DNA of 33,824 bases from assembly GCA_048885535.1 (NCBI GenBank), contig JBHLLO010000031.1:1-33824 (forward strand). Reading direction: 5' to 3'. Within the stretch, counting starts at the first letter, position 1; the number at the start of each line of letters is the position of its first letter. The position numbers were made by a program, and so were the translations under genes. Source of the stretch: Candidatus Hermodarchaeota archaeon. Lineage in GTDB: Archaea > Asgardarchaeota > Lokiarchaeia > Sigyniarchaeales > SOKP01. The notes below the pieces were generated by a model that was given only the letters and a program-made list of their open reading frames with translations, searched no databases and was not told the origin of the DNA. Of the stretch, positions 1 through 7,765 are shown piece after piece.

Positions 1-4
1 TCCT

Positions 5-2317
5 TTATAAAAAAATGTCTACTTCCTTTTTTGGAAAATTAGCAAAAATTTTAGAAATAGATTCTCCTGATTGTAATTTCTCTTGAGTTTCAGAATAAAT
101 AGGATAATATTCATGTAAAATCTTATAGATGTCATTCCATTGGCGTTGTTCTTCTGTATTAATATCTATTGCTTTCTTTATTTTAGATAATATCAGTCTA
201 GATTTTTTCCTTTTGAGAAATTTAATAAACTGTTTTATGATTACAATTCTTTCTCTCTTAAACTCTTTTGGTCTAAATGTGGATAATGAATAGGTAAGAA
301 ATTCATCTAAAATGGGAGAAAAACTAATTAATTTGTCTTCAGGTTCATTAGGATTTTCCAAGAGCCTTAATTCAACATCTCGCTCACTAATACTCTCAAG
401 AATTGGATAAAGTTCTCCAGGTGTAATTCTTGTTTCTATTTGAATGTCTGAAGCTATTTCAGAAATTGGAAACTGAAATTTAGGATACTTCTCCTCATTT
501 TCAATTCGATAAATATATTCTTTTTTTAAAATTTCAATGATTAAATTTTTTAACGACTCTGGAACTTCCTTTTCCGTAAAAGATATTATGGCATCTTTTT
601 GTTTCTTTTCAAAACTCCTTTCTTCTCTTAACTTTTTACTATATGTGCTTTTAAGAGAAGAAACAAAAATATCAGAAGCTTCTTCTGATTCAGGGATACT
701 ATCCAATTTAAATAAGTCTGGTGACTTTTTTGTCATTGTTTCATATAATCTTTTTGATAAGTATGATTTTGCTTTTTTCTGTGCTACTTCCTTCTTATCA
801 AACTTTTCTATGACTGATACAAAATCTATGAATTTCTGAGTCACTCCATAGTTATTCTTTACTTTTCTAATGAGAACATCGATATCACCATCAACTAATT
901 CATTAATGAGTGAATAAACAGCATTTTTAGGAAGATTTGTAGCTTTTATTAACTCACGGTCCATAATTTCAATAGGGTATGCCTCACCTCTCCGAATATA
1001 TTCAGTTTTTAATAACTTGTATATAATATCCATTTTTTCAGCTTCTTTATCAATAGTTTCCTTTTGTAAGCGTATAAACATTGAGGTTTCATGGGGTCTC
1101 AGATAATATACTAAGAGTGTGATACCAAGGAATAAAATCATAAGAAGTGAGACGATATACTTGTCAAACATCAAGAAATTTCCTATAATACTGATTTCCT
1201 GGTTGGAAATTTGTGCTTCTAGGCTAAAACGAGTTAGAGTTTGAGCAATAACACATCCCAAGATCAACATAATCAACCCATCTCTCTTAAACATAAAGAT
1301 TTGCCATCCCAGAGATCTACCTAATTTCAAGATTATCCTGTATAAGAAAAGCATAGAAATTATGAATTCAAAAATGAAAATAAAAGAAACTGTCGAGCTT
1401 GTTGCTCCTACTTTGACTTTTAAGGCATTTATAGTCTCAGGTCTCAAAATTAAAAATATGCTTATCTGAAATATTTGAAAAAAGAAAATAAAGAATACAA
1501 TTAAAGAAAAGGTATAATTATCATATAATCCTGCTCTTTTTGTTTCAGCCTTTCTACGAGTAAAAATAAATTCAAAAATGATGAATAAAAGTATCATGAT
1601 AAGACTGAAATAAATTAATGGCATAACCAATCTCATTTCTATTTGATATACTTCGACTGCTTCTTGAGGAGCCGTAGATCCAAGAAAATCTAGAGAGAGA
1701 AATACTAATACAAGTCGATAAAACAAAGCTAATATAATTAATAGACCTAAAATAAAATAAGGTGAGATCCCTGCTAAAAACTTCCGAGTAGTTGAATATT
1801 TTGTTATAAGTCTTGCTTCCAATTTTGTAGCAAACTTCCTAGAATACATATAAAATCTTGTACTCAATAATATTAACCAAATCGTAGATAAAATAAACAA
1901 GTATGACATAAAGTTCAAATTTGTAGAAAATAAAATCAGAAAGAGGAAATAAAATGCAATTCCGGCTCCTAAATAAATAATTGATTGTTTAATTGCTGAA
2001 TGTTCTTTAAATACAAAATCTCGTATCTTATTATTACTATAAAGGAAGGATAAAAGAATGAATAAAGCAACAATAGTGTTCCCAATTAAGAATATCTGTT
2101 CAAAAAGCATTGGAAAAGTTATTTCAGATATATTCATTAATGTTAATAGTATTAAAGAGATTGAGATAAACAATATATAAATACCAATGAACTTTTTGCT
2201 AAAAGCATAAGACTTAGGAGGTTCTTTTCCCTCTATATAGATTTCTTTGATAAATATTTTATGATAAATTGGTATTAACTTATGTTTAATCTTTGATAAA
2301 ATCTGTTTAGATTTCAT
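5..2317 (-). CDS. Polytopic membrane protein (about 9-10 TM helices) with a large cytoplasmic C-terminal region carrying two similar, probably winged-helix, domains
   Basis: 770-aa ORF. Many hydrophobic 20-25 aa stretches in the first ~405 aa, then a charged C-terminus with an internal repeat (LLKTEYIRR...YPI / ILKKEYIYR...FPI). Confidence 0.75.
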   Translation of the reverse strand: MKSKQILSKIKHKLIPIYHKIFIKEIYIEGKEPPKSYAFSKKFIGIYILFISISLILLTLMNISEITFPMLFEQIFLIGNTIVALFILLSFLYSNNKIRDFVFKEHSAIKQSIIYLGAGIAFYFLFLILFSTNLNFMSYLFILSTIWLILLSTRFYMYSRKFATKLEARLITKYSTTRKFLAGISPYFILGLLIILALFYRLVLVFLSLDFLGSTAPQEAVEVYQIEMRLVMPLIYFSLIMILLFIIFEFIFTRRKAETKRAGLYDNYTFSLIVFFIFFFQIFQISIFLILRPETINALKVKVGATSSTVSFIFIFEFIISMLFLYRIILKLGRSLGWQIFMFKRDGLIMLILGCVIAQTLTRFSLEAQISNQEISIIGNFLMFDKYIVSLLMILFLGITLLVYYLRPHETSMFIRLQKETIDKEAEKMDIIYKLLKTEYIRRGEAYPIEIMDRELIKATNLPKNAVYSLINELVDGDIDVLIRKVKNNYGVTQKFIDFVSVIEKFDKKEVAQKKAKSYLSKRLYETMTKKSPDLFKLDSIPESEEASDIFVSSLKSTYSKKLREERSFEKKQKDAIISFTEKEVPESLKNLIIEILKKEYIYRIENEEKYPKFQFPISEIASDIQIETRITPGELYPILESISERDVELRLLENPNEPEDKLISFSPILDEFLTYSLSTFRPKEFKRERIVIIKQFIKFLKRKKSRLILSKIKKAIDINTEEQRQWNDIYKILHEYYPIYSETQEKLQSGESISKIFANFPKKEVDIFL

Positions 2318-2324
2318 AGCGTAG

Positions 2325-2353
2325 AGGATATTTAAATAACTAAGGATATTTAA
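2325..2353. promoter_or_regulatory. 11-bp direct repeat AGGATATTTAA x2 (18-bp period), candidate operator in a divergent promoter region
   Basis: Identical copies at 2325-2335 and 2343-2353, just upstream of the 770-aa gene start (2317). Confidence 0.35.
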
Positions 2354-2508
2354 TTTAAATTCATATAAATGATTTTACTCTTTTATAGATTGGTATACAT
2401 ATAAGTTCACTTGAATAAATGAGATATACTGAAAAATAATAATTATGGGTAACAAAAATTATATGACTTAAGATGAAACTTTTAAAAATATCCAAATATA
2501 ATATTAAT

Positions 2509-2784
2509 ATGAGCATGGAGAACCAGCAAGATAAAGAAACGATCTTAAGATTTGTCAAACAAGCAATTGAGATGCTCTGTGAAAAGAATATTTCTGAAGT
2601 AGTTATACTATCTTCTTATAAAATCAACTCCATTTTAAAAGAAAGTTATGGGGTAGATATTAGAGTAGACAGAATTGGTAGAATCTTAAGTACTATTGCA
2701 GAAAGAAATCAATTAAAAAGATTAAATACAAATATTCCAAAATACAAATTAAAAATATCTAAACTTTCCTCATTACAATTTTAA
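2509..2784 (+). CDS. Small basic protein, probable winged-helix/DNA-binding protein
   Basis: Track ORF is 2473..2784. ATG 2509 (MSMENQ) is preferred because a TTTTAAAA box at ~2480-2487 lies ~25 nt upstream. Helix-turn-helix-wing-like pattern (SSYKINSILKESYG..VDRIGRILSTIA..KYKL). Confidence 0.6.
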   Translation: MSMENQQDKETILRFVKQAIEMLCEKNISEVVILSSYKINSILKESYGVDIRVDRIGRILSTIAERNQLKRLNTNIPKYKLKISKLSSLQF

Positions 2785-2815
2785 AATTAATTTAAAAAAG
2801 TAGTATGATAAATTC

Positions 2816-4213
2816 TCATTTTAACTGTCTGAAATCAGATATTACTTTTTGAAGCCGCTCAATTAGATCCTCTATCTCTTTATACTTTTCTCTAATGGGA
2901 TTGGAATCTAAATTAAGATCCTCAATCTCTTTATTCAGGTTTGAATTAAATCTTGAACTTAATATTTTAATTTCGTTTACCATGTTTTCTGAGAGAGAAT
3001 TTGTATTTTTATAAACTTCTGTAATAAGGTTTGAAGATTTAGCTACTAAAGGTGTAGTCTTAGCATCTAATTGTGTAATATTATATAATTTTACCTCTTC
3101 ATAGGACATTTTTTCTTTGAGATTATTAATGAGCTCTTGTAAATTCTTTTCAATAATAACTCTAATATCTTCAGTGATTTTTTCAAATAACTTGGAAACA
3201 TTTAAAGTAAATTCTTTTTGAGATTTAATTCTTCTATCAATATAATCTGAAATGTTTTTAGCAAATACATTTGAAATCTCAGTAAAGCTCCTATCAAAAT
3301 AATTTTGTATGTCTTCAAGACCTTTTTCAATTGAGTTTTTCATTTGATTTACAGTACTTCTAATATATTCAGTACCCTTTAAAGATCCATCACGAATGTC
3401 AGTCATCCAACCACTTAGTTGTTGCTTATAAGCATCCATGAAGGATTCAGCAAATTTGTAAGTACCTTCTCTAAATCCTGAAAAAATTGGTTCGATTTGT
3501 TCATTAAATTCGACCTCATCACTACTTATCGCAATTTTATTTTTTGGAATTTCTTCAAGTTCTTCAATAGTAGGTTTTCTAATTTCATCAAATTCGTTAA
3601 TAATTATCGGGGTTTTTCTCTGATTATCTTCTACAAGTTCTTTTATCCATTTAAAAAAGTTTAACGTTTTAGGAATTTCCACTTCAAAAGGCACTTTTAT
3701 GTATTCACTATCTATTCCTTTTGAGTACTTTTTTAATCTGAAAATTTCTAATCCAAAATTATTTTCCGCATCCAGTAAATTACAATCAAAGATAATTATA
3801 AATCCATATGGATTTTTTTCATTTTGGAAATACAATTGATTACTTTTATCAGCATGAGAAAGGAAAAAACCTCCTTTTAATCTTGAATGATACCATCCAA
3901 GTATTTTAAGATTAGTACTAGTTACATTTTCTTCTATCTGTTTGATTTTTTCATGGGTTTCCTGAGTAAAGCCTAGTTCTGCAAGATCTCCATGAGATAG
4001 CGGGATTATGTTCATTAGATCCATGGTTTCATCTCCCGAATTTACTTCTCCTATACATATTCCCATAGCTTCTTGATACTCATCTAATGAATCATTTGCA
4101 AATCGTAAAACATGGCAAAGCATCTTTCTAAAAGCATTATTACTTATAAATACTTTCCAATCTTCTGCTATTTCTATAATCTCTTCTTTTTTCTTCATAT
4201 TTTCATTTGACAA
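2816..4213 (-). CDS. MPN/JAB domain protein with degenerate JAMM motif (predicted pseudo-isopeptidase, MPN-) plus long helical/coiled-coil tail
   Basis: QEAMGICIG (catalytic Glu strand) and GWYHSRLKGGFFLSHAD, i.e. H-S-R instead of H-S-H. About 240-aa amphipathic helical C-terminus. TTG start preceded by GTGATGG. Confidence 0.85.
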   Translation of the reverse strand: MSNENMKKKEEIIEIAEDWKVFISNNAFRKMLCHVLRFANDSLDEYQEAMGICIGEVNSGDETMDLMNIIPLSHGDLAELGFTQETHEKIKQIEENVTSTNLKILGWYHSRLKGGFFLSHADKSNQLYFQNEKNPYGFIIIFDCNLLDAENNFGLEIFRLKKYSKGIDSEYIKVPFEVEIPKTLNFFKWIKELVEDNQRKTPIIINEFDEIRKPTIEELEEIPKNKIAISSDEVEFNEQIEPIFSGFREGTYKFAESFMDAYKQQLSGWMTDIRDGSLKGTEYIRSTVNQMKNSIEKGLEDIQNYFDRSFTEISNVFAKNISDYIDRRIKSQKEFTLNVSKLFEKITEDIRVIIEKNLQELINNLKEKMSYEEVKLYNITQLDAKTTPLVAKSSNLITEVYKNTNSLSENMVNEIKILSSRFNSNLNKEIEDLNLDSNPIREKYKEIEDLIERLQKVISDFRQLK

Positions 4214-4225
4214 GATCCATCACAC

Positions 4226-5683
4226 TCATTTTTTTAATTCTTTTATTTCACTTTTTAGGTCTCTAATAGTATTGTGAAGATTTTTCTTTTCATTCTCTAG
4301 TTTTTCAATTTTATTTAGAACAGGGGTTTTAGAACCTTCAAGAACTAATATAGCTGCTTTAAGATCCGCAACAACCTTTCTTAAATCTTTATCTAGATCT
4401 GAAAAAACCATTTGAACATTGGTTATTCGTTTTTTAACGTTAATTAGAACAACTTCTTGTTTCTCTTCAATTGCACCTTTAATACGGCTATTAGTCGGTT
4501 CTATTAAATTGTTTAATTCATCAATCTTCGTATAATTTTTCTCTAAATCTTTTAAAATTGTTTCACTATCTTCATTTATTTTATTCAATTCACCTAAGTT
4601 ATTATCAAATTTATTTACCATTTGTGTTATATTTGGCAAAAATGTGTTTTCAATTGATTCATGTATTTGTCTGATAAAACTTTCTTTAAAAGACTCTATT
4701 TGATCTTCTACATTTTTAAATGCATTATCAAGATCGTCAAGCTTATCATCTATATAGAAATCCAATTCCTTTAATTTATCTTGTAGCGAGAAATTAAAAG
4801 ATTTTTGTAGTTTGGTGACCCCTCCACTCAAATTTTCTTTGAGTTGAATTAAATCATTTCTTATCTGTGAGTTATTATAATAAGTTTTTTTCACAATTTC
4901 TTGGCTCCAAAAATTTAGAATTCTAATTAACGGCTCAAGTGAGGAATCAATAAACATTGAAAAACTGTTTTTGAGATTACTTATTAATTCTGTTATTGAT
5001 AATTCTGGTATTTTACTTTCTAATTGTTTTTGTTCTGGAAAAAATATATCCCCAAATAACTCCGTTGTTTCATTTAATTCAAGAATCGGTGGCTCTTTTG
5101 AATAGGCAGTATTAATTAAATCGATTATTTTCTCATAAAATTCATTACTATCTGGAGGTTCAACATTAGCTTTAACTTCATAATATTTTGAATTTAGACC
5201 TTTTGATGGGTCTTCTAATCTAAAAACTCTAAAACCTAAATCATCTGGTTTTTCTAAAAAAGAATGATCGAATACAATTCCTAATCCACTGGAATTTTTA
5301 TCTTGCCAAAATAATTGGTTGAAAATATCTGTACTTGAGAAGAAAATACCCAAATTAGGATGTGAATGGTACCATCCTACAGTAAACCAATTCTTATCGC
5401 CATGTTCCTCCCAGATTTGTCTATCAATTTCCCCAAATGCACCAAGTTGCTCTGGAGAGAATTTTACCTCGATTGATCCTCCATGAGATATAGGAATAAC
5501 ATCTTCCACTATTACGTCTTTTATTTCTCCCTGACCCGTTTGATGTCCTATTAACATTCCCATAGCTTCTTTATATTCGTTTACAGTTTGAGTTTTTGAT
5601 CCAAATCTAAGAACATGGACTAACATTTTATAATAGGCCATTGGTTTGATTGTAACAATACTCGTGTCTGTAATTTTGCCCAT
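4226..5683 (-). CDS. JAMM/MPN+ metalloisopeptidase (Rpn11/Mov34 family) with long helical/coiled-coil tail
   Basis: KEAMGMLIG and GWYHSHPNLGIFFSSTD match E-xn-H-S-H-x7-S-x2-D. C-terminal ~260 aa is heptad-rich. Confidence 0.9.
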   Translation of the reverse strand: MGKITDTSIVTIKPMAYYKMLVHVLRFGSKTQTVNEYKEAMGMLIGHQTGQGEIKDVIVEDVIPISHGGSIEVKFSPEQLGAFGEIDRQIWEEHGDKNWFTVGWYHSHPNLGIFFSSTDIFNQLFWQDKNSSGLGIVFDHSFLEKPDDLGFRVFRLEDPSKGLNSKYYEVKANVEPPDSNEFYEKIIDLINTAYSKEPPILELNETTELFGDIFFPEQKQLESKIPELSITELISNLKNSFSMFIDSSLEPLIRILNFWSQEIVKKTYYNNSQIRNDLIQLKENLSGGVTKLQKSFNFSLQDKLKELDFYIDDKLDDLDNAFKNVEDQIESFKESFIRQIHESIENTFLPNITQMVNKFDNNLGELNKINEDSETILKDLEKNYTKIDELNNLIEPTNSRIKGAIEEKQEVVLINVKKRITNVQMVFSDLDKDLRKVVADLKAAILVLEGSKTPVLNKIEKLENEKKNLHNTIRDLKSEIKELKK

Positions 5684-5817
5684 TACTTTTCACTTAATTT
5701 ATTAAGTTTAGATATACTTAACTTTTGTAATATTTATAATTTATCTCATTTAAAAATTGAATTGTTCAATATAAGTAGTTATAAAAAATAAATTTAAAGA
5801 GTAATTCAACATTAACA

Positions 5818-6447
5818 TTAATGCGGAAGTTTTCCCCCACAATAGGGGCAATATTTCCAATCTAGGTCTTTTCCACAGTGAGGACAGAATGTTGATGGGC
5901 TCTCGTCAGCTTTAGGTATAGAAGGTAATTCTCTTGAAGTTCTAACGGTCTCGGTTCTCTTTTCTGCTTCTTCTTGCTTCTTGTACATCATTCGTTCTTT
6001 AAATGCTTGGCGTTTTTCTTCTTCTAACTCTTGCACAGACTTCATGCCTTCCTCTTTTACCCATCCTACAGATTGTGGTCTTTTTATTTCACTTTCTGGA
6101 ACCTTCTCTAATTCTATCTTTTTTGTTTCTTCTATGGGAGCCATAACTTTCTTTTGTTCTTTCTTTTCAAGAGCTTGTTTTACTAATGCTTGTGTTGTTT
6201 TCATAACTTGGTGTGGATTTATATTTGGAATAGCAACGGTGCGTAAAACCCAGCCCACAATAAGATTCTGATTAGGAAACCCCCCTTCTGCTATATCTTC
6301 GTCTTTATATATATATGAATCTATAACAGTTTGTCCCTTTAATAACCTTGAAGCCCACTTATTATTAATTAGTCCTAATTGAATTCGATATGAAGTTCCT
6401 GGTATACCTAACTGACTTGTTAATGGTTCAAAACCTTTTTCTGCCAT
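5818..6447 (-). CDS. Hypothetical protein with charged linker and C-terminal zinc ribbon
   Basis: C-terminal CPHCG-x7-CPYCG. Track start is TTG 6456; ATG 6447 (MAEKGF) is likelier. Confidence 0.75.
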   Translation of the reverse strand: MAEKGFEPLTSQLGIPGTSYRIQLGLINNKWASRLLKGQTVIDSYIYKDEDIAEGGFPNQNLIVGWVLRTVAIPNINPHQVMKTTQALVKQALEKKEQKKVMAPIEETKKIELEKVPESEIKRPQSVGWVKEEGMKSVQELEEEKRQAFKERMMYKKQEEAEKRTETVRTSRELPSIPKADESPSTFCPHCGKDLDWKYCPYCGGKLPH

Positions 6448-6666
6448 TATAATCAAGTGTTTTTATTTATTTTGGAATCAGAAATAATCTGATATTAGTA
6501 ATAATATAATGGTAAATTATGAATTTAAATAATTTTATGTTTTTAAAGACAAACTTGAGTCAGAATAAGATTAAATATGATTTAGGTTAAAGAAAAAAAT
6601 AGACATAAATAGAGGGAATAGTATAAAAATATCAATTATAAAATTATATTGCGTTAGAAAAGAATT

Positions 6667-7620
6667 ATGACTATTATCATTCCAAAGGAAGCTTATTTAA
6701 CAGTTGTGGCAGCTTCAGTTAGGTTTGCCAATCGAAAGATTGATCAAGATGATTGGTTAGAAGTCAATGGTGTATTTATTGGAGAAATTAAAGGAGATGA
6801 CATTTTAATAAAGGAAGCGTATCCTATTATGCATCAAAAATTAGATAAAACTGCTGTAATTGATAAATATGAATGGTCTGATGAGGATAATGTCACATAT
6901 ACTTTGGTTGACGACGAGGCTTTTTCAAAAGGTTTATATACTGTCGGGTCTTGGCATTCACATCCAGGTTTTAAAGTTATGTTAAGTCATATTGACATCA
7001 AGCATCTAGCATTCCATCAGAGTGTAAATCCTTCATATTTTACTTTAGTATTTAATCCTACTAGATTAGAAAGGCAGGTAGAAATGCCTGAGAAAAAAGG
7101 TAATCCTGAAATACAACTTAAAGATGAGCCTGGATTTAAAATCTTTAGATTAGATGACGTGAATAGAGGAATTGAAGCTTCATACCACACAATAGATTAT
7201 CATATTGAAGGTTATGATTCGATGGAACAGTTAATTGATTTAACTAAAAAATTTCTTATAGATGTAACTAACTTCTTTCCTAAAGATAATCTTTTCGAAA
7301 CATATGAAGGGTTGGTAACAGAAAAAGTAAGAAATTTAGATTCTCTTCTCCTAGGGACAGAAGAATATTTAGCCACATTAGTGCGTAAGGGTGAATCCCA
7401 TAGAGTTTCTGAAGTTTTAGACAATCAAACAAGGGAAATTAGAAAATTTATTGCTGAAACATATATTAAGATTGACAATATCAAGCAATTTATGAATTAT
7501 TTGGAATATAAGGAACGAGATAGGATAATTCCTCAAGTAAAGGAGGTTTTTTCAAAATGGGATGAAAAAATCTCTATTATAGATACAAAATTAAACCAGT
7601 TAGCTAAAACATTCAAATAA
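6667..7620 (+). CDS. JAMM/MPN+ metalloisopeptidase with ~130-aa helical C-terminal tail
   Basis: LEVNGVFIG and GSWHSHPGFKVMLSHID give a complete JAMM motif. GFKIFRL strand is shared with the two other MPN genes. Confidence 0.85.
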   Translation: MTIIIPKEAYLTVVAASVRFANRKIDQDDWLEVNGVFIGEIKGDDILIKEAYPIMHQKLDKTAVIDKYEWSDEDNVTYTLVDDEAFSKGLYTVGSWHSHPGFKVMLSHIDIKHLAFHQSVNPSYFTLVFNPTRLERQVEMPEKKGNPEIQLKDEPGFKIFRLDDVNRGIEASYHTIDYHIEGYDSMEQLIDLTKKFLIDVTNFFPKDNLFETYEGLVTEKVRNLDSLLLGTEEYLATLVRKGESHRVSEVLDNQTREIRKFIAETYIKIDNIKQFMNYLEYKERDRIIPQVKEVFSKWDEKISIIDTKLNQLAKTFK

Positions 7621-7765
7621 ATTCCTATTATTTTAAAAACCTATTTTTAATCTAAGGATTAAAAGGAAAATCTTTATTTTGATTAATATTATTTTTAATC
7701 AAAAGATTGCTTAACTAAAGAAATAAATTATTCTAATATTTTAATTAATTTTTCAGAGATTAAAG

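Noticed and set aside
4211-4228. The two MPN genes are in the same frame and the first ends in TGA, suggesting a readthrough or selenocysteine fusion
   Set aside because: The spacer reads TGA GTG TGA TGG ATC TTG, so two stops would need suppression. It is better explained as an SD-like GTGATGG before a TTG start.
2816-5000. Helical tails of the MPN proteins as ESCRT-III/Snf7 or SMC domains
   Set aside because: Only generic amphipathic/heptad character is visible, with no family-specific motif. A profile or structure search is needed.
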